Source: Candidatus Babelota bacterium (GTDB lineage Bacteria; Babelota; Babeliae; Babelales; RVW-14). Taken from it: 64,000 nt of DNA. Position 1 is the first letter of the stretch. Every line of letters begins with the position of its first letter. A model generated the notes under the pieces. That model saw only the letters and a list, made by a program, of their open reading frames with translations. It did not search any database and had not been told where the DNA came from. The position numbers were made by a program, and so were the translations under genes. The stretch is taken from the NCBI GenBank assembly GCA_013289515.1, contig JABCZU010000005.1, forward strand, positions 5,424-69,423, written 5' to 3'. Of this stretch, positions 49,501-58,795 are shown one piece after another.

Positions 49501-52500
49501 AGATCGTGTTGCTGAGCGTTCTATTAACGTACAGTCCGTAGCTACTCGCTGTTCTCTTTAAAGATAGTAAGGCGTTGCTAATAACTCGATTGTTATACAG
49601 GATTGTCTCACTATTTACGCGATCGCCAAAGAGTAAGGCATTGCTATTATTTCTTGTCAGGAATAAGAGCGCATTACTGTTATTGGTTGTTAAACGCAGC
49701 ATGGCATTGCTATTGATACGATCACCAAACAATAAAGCGTTACTATTTATGCGATTCAGGAACAACAAGGCATTACTATTTGTTCTGCCAGCACTACCGC
49801 CATTGAGGATGGCACTACTCAAAATGCGGAAATCATAGGCCAGCGTCTCGCTGATTATTCTGTTATTGTACAGGATCGTGTTACTCAGCGTCCTGTTCAC
49901 ATATAACTCAAAGCTGCTGGTTGTTCTCTTCAAAGATAGGAGTGCATTACTGTTGTAGCGGGCCAAGAATGCTAACGACTCACTAGCTGTACGTGACAAA
50001 AAGTTGATTGCCTCACTATTTACGCGATCGCCATACAGAAGTGCGTTACTATTTATGCGACTCAGGAACAAGAGTGCATTACTGTTATTGGTCGTTAGGC
50101 GCAGCATTGCATTGCTGTTGATACGATCACCGAATAAGAGCGCGTTACTGTTATTTTTAGTCAGGAACAACAAGGCATTGCTATTTGTTCTTCCAGCACT
50201 ACCGCCATTGAGGATGGCGTTGCTTAACACACGCACATCATAGGCCAACGTCTCGCTGATTATTCTGTTATTGTATAGGATTGTGTTACTTAGTGTTCTA
50301 TTAACGTAGAGTCCGTAGCTACTCGTTGTTCGCTTTAATGACAACAGCGCATTGCTTGTGATTCTATTATTATAGGCGACCGTTTCACTGCCTACGCGAT
50401 CGCCAAAGAGCAGTGCGTTGCTATTGACGCGGTTCAGATACAGAAGTGCATTACTGTTATTCGTGCTGAGACGCAACAATGTATTACTATTTACGCGCGC
50501 ACCAAATAATAATGCGTTACTGTTGATACGATCACCAAACAACAAGGCATTGCTTAAGGTTCTGTCTATATATAACGCATAGCTGCTACTTGTACGATTG
50601 GCTGATAACAGCGCATTACTGGTCACACGATTGTTGTACAGGACCGTATTACTCAATGTTCTATTAACATAAAGCTCGTAGCTGCTCGTTGTGCGCTTCA
50701 ATGATAGCAGCGCATTGCTTGTTATTCTATTGTTGTAGAGTATCGTGTTACTCAGCGTCCTATTAACATACAAGGCATAGCTACTTGCCGTGCGCTTTAA
50801 TGACAGAATGGCATTACTGTTATTGGTACTGAGTCGCAGCATCGCGTTACTGTTGATACGATCGCCAAACAAGAGAGCATTGCTGTTTATACGATCACCA
50901 AATAACAAGGCGTTGCTCAAGGTCCTATCCACATACAGTGCGTAACTGCTACTTGTACGATTGGCCGATAATATGGCGTTGCTAGTAACACGGTTATTGT
51001 ACAGAATCGTATTGCTCAGCGTCCTGTTGACGTACAGCTCATAGCTACTCGTCGTCCTCTTCAGAGACAGTAATGCATTACTGGTTGTTCTGTTGTTGTA
51101 CAAAATCGTGTTACTCAGGGTTCTATTCACATACAACGCGTAACTACTACTTGTACGATTCGCCGATAACAATGCGTTACTATTTGTGCGATTGCCAAAT
51201 AGCGAAGCGTTACTCAGGGTTCTATTCACATACAACGCATAACTGCTACTCGTACGATTGGCTGATAACAATGCATTACTGGTGGTTCTATTGTTATACA
51301 GAATCGTGTTACTATTCTCTCTAGCACCAAAGAGCAATGCCGCGCTGTTTATTCTATCGCCAAAGAGCAAGGCATTACTATTTGTTCTAGCTAAATATAA
51401 CAGTGTATTACTATTAGCCGTCACTGCCGCCGCATTGGTCATGGCGTTAATCATGCCGCCATTTAAATACGTTATAAATTTGGTACCAACATCTGCTGCT
51501 GCGATACTGACGGTGGGCTGAATATTTTTAGCATCAGCATATTGGGTTGGATCATACCATAATGTCACCCCATCAACCGTCAGGGATGAGCTGTTACTCA
51601 TCGTCAGTATATGGTTTTTTGTTACAATAACCGATTCGCCGTTAACATAAATACCACCAGCAGTAACGGTGTATGAATTAGCCATCTCAATTTCAACACG
51701 ACTGAGACGTAATTGAGAACTAACACTTTCAAAAACAAAGCCGCCTCGTCCAAGCCCTTTTATTTTTACATCAACAAGACGAAGCGTTGTATTAGCTTTA
51801 ATAAAAATTGAGCTACCGCGCGAAAGATCGAGCGTATGCCCGTGCCCATCAATAGTAGGCATACAACCGGCCGTTAACGTCCCAAAGCGCCACATGCCAT
51901 ACAATACTGTATTACCGTCTAATTGTAATTGACTGGCATCGTTCCATAGTAGTGTATGTGTCAGCCGTAATGCACTACTTGCAAGGCCAGCACCTAAGAT
52001 AAATTTTCTTCCTGTTGTGTTTACCGTACCTGACCCGGTAAGCGTAGCATCTGGTAACAGCCGAAGATCATTATCAAGGATGATCGTTCCGCCGTTCATT
52101 GTAATAGGCCCAAGGTCACCATTAAGCGCAAGCGTAACACTGCTGAGATTATGCGTTAAGACCAGTGGTGTAGTAATGGATGAATAATCTGCGGTACCCT
52201 CAAGGCGATTGCCACCACGAATGATGGCAATTTGATCTGAAAACAGCCCATCATCAGGACGAAATAGTTGATTAGTGTTGAGGACAATTGGCTGCGCTGA
52301 TGTTGGTGCATACGTGCCGGTAAAGTATGCTGGATTACCATTGATTGCGAGCGTCCCACCATTAAAGGTGATTGGTTGCGTCCCAACAACCGCTCCCGTC
52401 TGGGCAAGCATCCCATTCCAGCTTGGAATGGCGGTATTGACAATAAATTTTGCAGGACCAACACTAATCATAGAACTTGGCCCAGAGAAATTTAATCCCG

Positions 52501-52567
52501 CTGGTAAACACGGTGTATCAGCAAGGAGCATGACAATAAAATATATCCAGCACGCCGCTAAACTCAT
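46520..52567 (-). CDS. Giant repeat protein 2 (2015 aa)
   Basis: Uninterrupted ORF with signal peptide, conserved N-domain, repeat array and a partner-like C-module ending in ..GSVILF. Confidence 0.85.
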   Translation of the reverse strand: MSLAACWIYFIVMLLADTPCLPAGLNFSGPSSMISVGPAKFIVNTAIPSWNGMLAQTGAVVGTQPITFNGGTLAINGNPAYFTGTYAPTSAQPIVLNTNQLFRPDDGLFSDQIAIIRGGNRLEGTADYSSITTPLVLTHNLSSVTLALNGDLGPITMNGGTIILDNDLRLLPDATLTGSGTVNTTGRKFILGAGLASSALRLTHTLLWNDASQLQLDGNTVLYGMWRFGTLTAGCMPTIDGHGHTLDLSRGSSIFIKANTTLRLVDVKIKGLGRGGFVFESVSSQLRLSRVEIEMANSYTVTAGGIYVNGESVIVTKNHILTMSNSSSLTVDGVTLWYDPTQYADAKNIQPTVSIAAADVGTKFITYLNGGMINAMTNAAAVTANSNTLLYLARTNSNALLFGDRINSAALLFGARENSNTILYNNRTTSNALLSANRTSSSYALYVNRTLSNASLFGNRTNSNALLSANRTSSSYALYVNRTLSNTILYNNRTTSNALLSLKRTTSSYELYVNRTLSNTILYNNRVTSNAILSANRTSSSYALYVDRTLSNALLFGDRINSNALLFGDRINSNAMLRLSTNNSNAILSLKRTASSYALYVNRTLSNTILYNNRITSNALLSLKRTTSSYELYVNRTLSNTVLYNNRVTSNALLSANRTSSSYALYIDRTLSNALLFGDRINSNALLFGARVNSNTLLRLSTNNSNALLYLNRVNSNALLFGDRVGSETVAYNNRITSNALLSLKRTTSSYGLYVNRTLSNTILYNNRIISETLAYDVRVLSNAILNGGSAGRTNSNALLFLTKNNSNALLFGDRINSNAMLRLTTNNSNALLFLSRINSNALLYGDRVNSEAINFLSRTASESLAFLARYNSNALLSLKRTTSSFELYVNRTLSNTILYNNRIISETLAYDFRILSSAILNGGSAGRTNSNALLFLNRINSNALLFGDRINSNAMLRLTTNNSNALLFLTRNNSNALLFGDRVNSETILYNNRVISNALLSLKRTASSYGLYVNRTLSNTILYNNRVTSNALLSLKRTTSSYELYVDRTLSNALLFGDRINSNALLFGDRINSNAMLRLTTNNSNALLFLTRNNSNALLFGDRINSNALLYGDRVNSEAINFLSRTNSESLAFLARYNSNALLSLKRTTSSFELYVNRTLSNTILYNNRITSEALLSANRTFSSYGLYSNRILSNTLAYDFRILSSATLNGGSFGRVTSNALLFLTKNNSNALLFGDRINSNAMLRLTTNNSNALLFLTRNNSNALLFGDRVNSETILYNNRTTSNALLSLKRTTSSYELYVNRTLSNTILYNNRVTSNALLSLKRTTSSYELYVDRTLSNALLFGDRINSNALLLGDRINSNAMLRLTTNNSNALLYLNRINSNALLYGDRVNSEAINFLSRTNSESLAFLARYNSNALLSLQRTTSSYGLYSNRTLSNTILYNNRIISETLAYDMRVLSNAILNGGSAGRTTSNALLFLTKNNSNALLFGDRINSNAMLRLTTNNSNALLYLSRTNSNALLFGDRVNSEAIIFLSRTNSEALGALARYTSNALLFATRINSNALLFGDRVNSEAIVFLSRISSAALSSLARYTSNALLSANRANSSYALYVNRTLSNALLYFERITSNEFLATAVTASNNSFIGGTSNVINTFNYLPNGFSLQTNTTTVTFQSVYPIAGAIALHGGQLYLASDLTLNSGAYFQTGGLIIGDNHSINFSATFTGFSTASALTINNADLVFSNDITINSTLKFTGTCLLDAQGCTITLGNNANVLVGHDAKLHLKNANIRGAGDTKLSCMDNSSVIIFDGVTWVQSNNFTFSSGSFQVTRFLDMVGSYTFAFNTSLASTIQSNATLLLEPSFTFSYDPQGNRQQLLTFADNTSLLQLDSATLHATKYGMQLTNGSLLIDGISDLVAEGGSAGSGIIIGDNISSDDQAVQISSGALLRLDTGYLVYQNVKSTSFLMDNQYSGLTLNPTTTLVLNQPLSLSPGLMYLSILATIVNGNNLTGSVILF
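47680..51418 (-). repeat. 33 nt coding repeat array in giant protein 2 (about 113 units)
   Basis: Same repeat family. Boundaries are approximate. Confidence 0.85.
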
Positions 52568-52578
52568 CTATTCCCTTT

Positions 52579-53643
52579 TTATTGGTATTTTATTCGCCCA
52601 TACATATAAACCGATGCACCGCCCATGACCTTAGTAGTCAAGCTGGAATTTAGAAGTAATGCTTCACCACTATTTCTACTTGTGCTTGTAACCGTGACCT
52701 GATCATCTAACAATAGTGTCCCTGTTTGCAACTGTAATCCTGTATACGTAGAAAAAAGTGTGCAGCCACTCAAATAAAGGCATGATGTTTGGTCTGTCAT
52801 GGACAACAAGCTACCATTTGCCCTGCGTGGGGCGTAGCTAAGCGTGGTATCGTGATCGAACATTAGGGTGCTGAGTGAATTAATGGTACTGCCCACGCCG
52901 GTTGTGTACGCAAATGTTGTAGTACCGGTAAATATAACATCCTGATCAAACAAAATTGATCCACGGGAAAAGGTGTAATTAGCAGAGGATTCCAGGATAA
53001 CATTTCGTAGCACTATGGAACCGTTATCCATCAAGCACCGTAGATTGGTTCTGCCCACATTCCTAATCGTAATATCTTCTATAATAAGCTGCGAATTAGG
53101 CCTGACGACTAAAGCCGAACCATTGTTAAGCGTCAATACTTTGCCATGCTTTCCACAAATTTTACAACCCTGTGCAAATTGTAACGTCGAATAAAGCCTT
53201 GTGTTGGTATCAAATCGTAGCATGGTGGAATCAAAATTGAACGTGGCTGTAAGTGCAAAGTCGGTAGTCGTTTCACCGATAGCAAATAAACTTTGGTTGC
53301 CTAAAATAGTACCACCAGTAGGAAAGGCCACCGGTTGGAAGCAAATGAAATCTTCAGCCAATGATAACGTCCCTCCATTAAGACTCACCGTACTCGAGAC
53401 CGGAAAAAAGCCGGCAAAGGTGCATGTGGTAGTGCTGCTCGCAAAGTTAAAACCATTGAGCATCACACCAAAACCAAGAATATTATTACCACCACCAGCA
53501 AGGTTGGCCGTAGGTTGAAGCGATACGTTAGCATTTGATCCTATATTTGGTGCTTTAACACCACCAATCATAATACTCAGCACCATGAAGAGACAACAAA
53601 TATAACGCGTAATAAAAATCATTAACAAAATCCCCACAAACAT
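52579..53643 (-). CDS. Partner protein 2 (354 aa)
   Basis: Paralog of the 45448..46500 and 57727..58788 genes. Ends YMYGRIKYQ. Confidence 0.8.
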   Translation of the reverse strand: MFVGILLMIFITRYICCLFMVLSIMIGGVKAPNIGSNANVSLQPTANLAGGGNNILGFGVMLNGFNFASSTTTCTFAGFFPVSSTVSLNGGTLSLAEDFICFQPVAFPTGGTILGNQSLFAIGETTTDFALTATFNFDSTMLRFDTNTRLYSTLQFAQGCKICGKHGKVLTLNNGSALVVRPNSQLIIEDITIRNVGRTNLRCLMDNGSIVLRNVILESSANYTFSRGSILFDQDVIFTGTTTFAYTTGVGSTINSLSTLMFDHDTTLSYAPRRANGSLLSMTDQTSCLYLSGCTLFSTYTGLQLQTGTLLLDDQVTVTSTSRNSGEALLLNSSLTTKVMGGASVYMYGRIKYQ

Positions 53644-53650
53644 GCTGTCA

Positions 53651-56600
53651 TTAAAATTGACTTACAGAGCCGTTAAATAACAAAGGATTAATTAAACCAG
53701 CCTGCGTTGAAAGGTACAGTACTGCGGATCCTAAATTCATCGTCTGATCAAGTAATAAGTCTCCACCAGGATTGATTACCATGCTTGAATACTGACTCCC
53801 AACGACCAGTGAGGGCGCATTAACGTTTTGATAGATTAGGTAACCTCTATCCATCTCTAAAATCGCTCCAGGTTTAAGCACAAGTATCTGATCATGACTT
53901 GCATTATTATCACCAAGAATAAAACCAGTCGTCTGGTTGCTGCCGTTAAAAAATCCGGTGGTTGTCACAGCACCTTCAACAAAAATCTGCGCCAAACCGT
54001 CCACGGACAAATTGCCATTAATAAGCTGCATGCCATATTTTGTAGCATGAATCGTAGCATTATTCATATATAATTGTGATGAATTATCCGCAAAGGTCAG
54101 GAGCTTCGGCCTATTGCCCTGAGGATCATAACTAAAGGTGAATGTTGGCTCCAAATATAGGGAGGCATTATGCGCAATGGTCGATGAAAGTGATGTATGA
54201 AAGGCAAAGGTGTACGTGCCATACATATCCAAAAATGTATTAATCTGAAACGACCCACGACTAAAGGTAAAGTTATTATCCTGTATCCACGTAATAGCAT
54301 CAAAAATAATTGAAGCAGAATTATCCATACAGGAGATATTATTACTACCAACACCGCGTATGGTTGCATTTCTCACATTAAGCGAAGCATTATGACCGAT
54401 AACAACATTTGCGTTAGGGCCAAGGATGATTGTACACCCTTGGGCATCAAGCAAACAGGCGCCGGTAAATTTTAGGGTACTATTGATAGTTAAGTCATTA
54501 TTAAGATACATGTTAGCGGTATTAAATATAAGCGGGGAAGTACCTGGAAAGGTACTTACTGTAGGTGCCAAATCAATACTATAATTATTGGCGTTAATCA
54601 CCCCGCCTGTTTGGAAATAGCCGCCATTGCCCAAAACAAGATCCGACCCTAACTGTAATGACCCGCCGTGTAGTGCTATAGGCCCTGCAACTGGATAAAC
54701 TGACTGAAAGGTTACTGTCGTGGTGTTACTGTGTAGGCTAAAACCACTTGGCAGGTAGTTAAATGGCGTGATTACATTGCTTGAGCCACCAATAAAACTA
54801 TTGTTCGTTGATGTATGCGCGGAGGACAAGAATTCATTACTGAAGATGCGAGCGTTATACAATATCGTATTGCTCAGCGCTCTTATAAGTACCGGATTAG
54901 CCGCCGCCGCTACAAAGACAATGGCTGCGCTTGCAATTCTATTATTAAACAGGATTGTATTACTCAGTGTTCTATTCACATACAAGGCATAACTACTACT
55001 CGTACGATTTGCCGATAGCAAGGCTTCGCTCGTTATTCTATTGTTATAGAGTATCGTGTTGCTTAACGTTCTATTTACATATAATGCGTAACTGCTTGCT
55101 GTACGCTTTAACGATATGATCGCATTACTGTTATTCGTTGATAACCGTAACATTGCATTGCTGTTAACGCGATCACCAAATAACAATGCATTACTGTTAT
55201 TTTTTGTCAGGAACAACAGGGCATTGCTTGTCGTTCTTCCAAAGCTTCCGCCATTCAGAGTGGCACTGCTGAGCACACGCATGTCATAGGCCAGTGTGTT
55301 ACTAGTGATTCTGTTGTTGTACAAGATCGTGTTACTCAGAGTTCTGTTTACATACAACCCATAGCTGCTACTTGTTCGATTGGCCGACAATATCGCTTCG
55401 CTCGTTATTCTATTCACATACAATGCGTAACTACTTGCTGTGCGCTTTAGTGATATGATGGCGTTACTGTTATTCGTTGATAATCGAAGCATTGCATTAC
55501 TGTTGACTCGATTCAGGAACAACAGGGCACTACTATTGATGCGATTACCAAATAACAATGCCGAGCTTAGTGTCCTATCAACATACAACGCGTAACTACT
55601 GCTCGTTCGATTTGCCGATAACAAGGCCTCGCTCGTTATACGATTGTTATATAAAATCGTATTGCTTAACGTTCTATTCACATACAAAGCATAACTGCTT
55701 GCTGTGCGTTTCAATGATAGAATGGCATTACTGTTATTTGTTGATAACCGTAGCATTGCATTACTATTAACCCGGTTCAGATACAATAATGCGTTACTAT
55801 TGATGCGACTGCCAAACAATAACGCAGTACTCAACGTTCTATCAACATACAATGCATAGCTGCTGCTTGTACGATTTGCCGATAACAACGCGTTACTGTT
55901 TGTCCTATTGCCATATAATGATGCATTACTCAGCGTTCTATTCACATACAAAGCATAGCTACTACTGGTGCGATTCGCTGATAGCAGCGCTTCACTGGTG
56001 ATGCGATTGTTATAGAGTATCGTGTTGCTTAACGTTCTATTCACATATAATGCATAACTGCTTGCTGTACGCTTTAATGATATGATGGCATTACTGTTAT
56101 TTGTTGATAAGCGTAACATTGCGTTACTATTCACACGTGCCGCAAATAACAGCGCATTGCTATTTATGCGATTACCAAAGAGCAACGCATTACTCAGTGA
56201 CCTATCCGCATACAATGCATAACTGCTATGGGTACGATTGGCTGATAGCAATGCGTTACTATTCGTGCGATTACCAAATAGCGAAGCGTTACTCAGCGTC
56301 CTATTCACGTATAATGCATAACTGCTACTCGTACGATTTGCCGATAATATCGCAGTACTATTTGTCCTATTCACATACAACGCATAGCTACTACTTGTTC
56401 TATTTGCCGACAATATCGCATTACTCAACGTTCTATCAACATACAACGCATAAGAGCTATGAGTACGATTCGCTGACAGTATTGCAGTACTATTTGTACG
56501 ATTCACATACAAGCTATAACTACTAAAGGTTCTATTTGCTGATAATATCGCATTACTATTTGCTACCACAAGGCTAAGTGGTGCCATTCCTTGAATTGCC

Positions 56601-57712
56601 CCGCCGTTCAAGTAGGTGATTGATGTGGTGCCAATATTGGCCGCCGCAGCAGAAACCACAGGACGAATATTTCTATTGTCATTATATTGGGTTGGATCGT
56701 ACCAAAGCGTCGTCCCATCTACGGTCAGGGTGGCAGCATTAGTCAAGGTGAGCAGATGATTTTTTGTTACAATTACTGATTCACCCTCAATATAAATACC
56801 GCCTATTGTAACGGTATAAGAATTGGCCATTTCAATTTCAACGTGAGAAAGGTGAATATTGGCAGTCTGATCTTGAAAAACAAAGCCGCCACGACCCAGC
56901 CCTTTAATTTTAATATTGGCCAGTCTCAGTGATACGCCGCGTGAGATATAAATAGATCCCCCTTGTGTTAAATCAAGGGTTTTGTCATGACCAACAATAC
57001 GCGCGTATGCCGAGTCATTTTTGGTAAATGTCCATTGACCCGATAAAGCAAGATTGCCTTCGATCAAAATTTTATCAGCATCACACAGTAAAAGCGTATG
57101 CGTTAGTGCTAAACTTTGTGTTGCATAAGGGCCTCCAAAAAGTAGATTTCTACCATCCAAAGAAACGTATCCAGAACCTTGTAACGAGGCATCTTGCGCT
57201 AACTCAAGATCACCATCAAGAAGTATATTTCCCCCATTCATTACTATGTTACCCATGCGACCTGCAAGGCCAAGCGTCACAAAACTCAAATTATGCGCTA
57301 GAGTAAGAGGAGCTGACACCAATCGGTCAAACAGCGCACTGCCATCTAATCTGTTTCCCCCTCGTATAACAACAATCGGGGTGAACAATTGACCCTCTTC
57401 TGCACGCAATAACTGGTTGGTGGTGAGCACAAACGGCGATGTAGCTCCAGGGGCATATATAAATGAGCCTTCAGCATCGGCATTACCAATACTAAGCATC
57501 CCACCGTTAAAGGTAATTGGTTGCGTTCCGACTATCGCTCCTACCTGCGTCAGCGTGCCATTCCACGCTGGAATTGCAGTATTAATAGCAAATTTTGCAG
57601 GACCAACATTAATCGTCGAGCTTGCTCCTGAAAAATTTAATCCTGCTGGTAAGCATGGTGCCTCAGCAAGGAGCATTATAATAAAATAGAGCCAGCACAC
57701 GAACAAACCCAT
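53651..57712 (-). CDS. Giant repeat protein 3 (1353 aa)
   Basis: Same architecture as giant protein 2. Ends ..NGSVSQF. Confidence 0.85.
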   Translation of the reverse strand: MGLFVCWLYFIIMLLAEAPCLPAGLNFSGASSTINVGPAKFAINTAIPAWNGTLTQVGAIVGTQPITFNGGMLSIGNADAEGSFIYAPGATSPFVLTTNQLLRAEEGQLFTPIVVIRGGNRLDGSALFDRLVSAPLTLAHNLSFVTLGLAGRMGNIVMNGGNILLDGDLELAQDASLQGSGYVSLDGRNLLFGGPYATQSLALTHTLLLCDADKILIEGNLALSGQWTFTKNDSAYARIVGHDKTLDLTQGGSIYISRGVSLRLANIKIKGLGRGGFVFQDQTANIHLSHVEIEMANSYTVTIGGIYIEGESVIVTKNHLLTLTNAATLTVDGTTLWYDPTQYNDNRNIRPVVSAAAANIGTTSITYLNGGAIQGMAPLSLVVANSNAILSANRTFSSYSLYVNRTNSTAILSANRTHSSYALYVDRTLSNAILSANRTSSSYALYVNRTNSTAILSANRTSSSYALYVNRTLSNASLFGNRTNSNALLSANRTHSSYALYADRSLSNALLFGNRINSNALLFAARVNSNAMLRLSTNNSNAIISLKRTASSYALYVNRTLSNTILYNNRITSEALLSANRTSSSYALYVNRTLSNASLYGNRTNSNALLSANRTSSSYALYVDRTLSTALLFGSRINSNALLYLNRVNSNAMLRLSTNNSNAILSLKRTASSYALYVNRTLSNTILYNNRITSEALLSANRTSSSYALYVDRTLSSALLFGNRINSSALLFLNRVNSNAMLRLSTNNSNAIISLKRTASSYALYVNRITSEAILSANRTSSSYGLYVNRTLSNTILYNNRITSNTLAYDMRVLSSATLNGGSFGRTTSNALLFLTKNNSNALLFGDRVNSNAMLRLSTNNSNAIISLKRTASSYALYVNRTLSNTILYNNRITSEALLSANRTSSSYALYVNRTLSNTILFNNRIASAAIVFVAAAANPVLIRALSNTILYNARIFSNEFLSSAHTSTNNSFIGGSSNVITPFNYLPSGFSLHSNTTTVTFQSVYPVAGPIALHGGSLQLGSDLVLGNGGYFQTGGVINANNYSIDLAPTVSTFPGTSPLIFNTANMYLNNDLTINSTLKFTGACLLDAQGCTIILGPNANVVIGHNASLNVRNATIRGVGSNNISCMDNSASIIFDAITWIQDNNFTFSRGSFQINTFLDMYGTYTFAFHTSLSSTIAHNASLYLEPTFTFSYDPQGNRPKLLTFADNSSQLYMNNATIHATKYGMQLINGNLSVDGLAQIFVEGAVTTTGFFNGSNQTTGFILGDNNASHDQILVLKPGAILEMDRGYLIYQNVNAPSLVVGSQYSSMVINPGGDLLLDQTMNLGSAVLYLSTQAGLINPLLFNGSVSQF
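54830..56565 (-). repeat. 33 nt coding repeat array in giant protein 3 (about 52 units)
   Basis: Same repeat family. Boundaries are approximate. Confidence 0.85.
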
Positions 57713-57726
57713 CTATTCCCTTTGTT

Positions 57727-58788
57727 CTATTGATATTTTATTCGTCCATACATGTAAACGGTCGAACCGCCCATCACCTTGGTAGTAAGGCTGGAATTAA
57801 GCAGAATCGACTCGCCGGTATTTCTGCCTGTGCTTGTCATCGTAACCTGATCATCTAATAACAACGTTCCTGTTTGCAACTGTAATCCTGTATACGTAGA
57901 AAAAAGCGTGCAACCGCTTAAATAAAGGCACGATGTGTTATCAATCATATTCAGTAAATTTCCTCGCGCATTACGCGGGGCATAACTAAAGGTAGTATCG
58001 TGATCAAACATAAGCGTACTTAGCGTATTAATCGTACTGCCAATCCCCGAGGTATACGCAAACGTTGTGGTACCGGTAAATACAACGTCTTTATCAAATA
58101 AAATTGATCCACGAGAGAAGGTATAATTTGCACTGCATGCCAAAATAACATTGCGCAGAATCAGTGATCCATTATCCATCAAACAACGTACATTGGTTGT
58201 GCCTAAATTGCTAAGCGTTACATCTTCTATAATAAGCTGCGAATTTGGCCTCACCACAAGGGCTGAACCGTTCTCGAGTGTTAGTACTTTACCCGTCGTT
58301 CCACGAATTTTACAATTTTGTGCAAATTGTAAGATGCCATAAAGCCTTGTATTGGTATCAAACTGTAGTATGGTTGCATTAAAATTCAATGAGGCCGTTA
58401 GCACAAAGTCAGTTGTGGTTTCACCAAGAGTAAAGCTATTGCCATTACCCAAAATAGTGCCGCCCGTGGGAAAGCGTATCGGTTGAACACATATAAAATC
58501 TTGTCCAAGTGACAACACCCCACCATTCAAGCTTACCGCGCTAGAGACTGGAAAATAGCTACCAAAAGTACATGTATCGGTGTTGGCTGCAAAATTGAAT
58601 CCATTATCCAGAGCACCAAAGGCGAGTATGGCATTAAGCCCACCCCCAAGCGCTGCTGTCGGTTGAATCGACACTGTAGTGTTTGATCCCACGTTTGCCG
58701 CTTTGACCAAGCCGGCTATTGCTATCAGGATAATAAAATAACAGATATAACGAGTAATAATGCGCATTACCAATACTCCCACAAACAA
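57727..58788 (-). CDS. Partner protein 3 (353 aa)
   Basis: Paralog of the other partners. The TTG start aligns with the ATG start of partner 2 (MFVGVLVM vs MFVGILLM). Confidence 0.8.
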   Translation of the reverse strand: MFVGVLVMRIITRYICYFIILIAIAGLVKAANVGSNTTVSIQPTAALGGGLNAILAFGALDNGFNFAANTDTCTFGSYFPVSSAVSLNGGVLSLGQDFICVQPIRFPTGGTILGNGNSFTLGETTTDFVLTASLNFNATILQFDTNTRLYGILQFAQNCKIRGTTGKVLTLENGSALVVRPNSQLIIEDVTLSNLGTTNVRCLMDNGSLILRNVILACSANYTFSRGSILFDKDVVFTGTTTFAYTSGIGSTINTLSTLMFDHDTTFSYAPRNARGNLLNMIDNTSCLYLSGCTLFSTYTGLQLQTGTLLLDDQVTMTSTGRNTGESILLNSSLTTKVMGGSTVYMYGRIKYQ

Positions 58789-58795
58789 ATTATGC

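Noticed and set aside
40425-56526. Many plus-strand ORFs of 60-150 aa inside the giant genes (for example 40425..40871, 41289..41639, 47949..48203, 56101..56526)
   Set aside because: They are antisense to 4-7.6 kb ORFs and are themselves repetitive mirror translations (..SPNNSALLL.., ..HYCY..). They arise from stop-poor repeat DNA.
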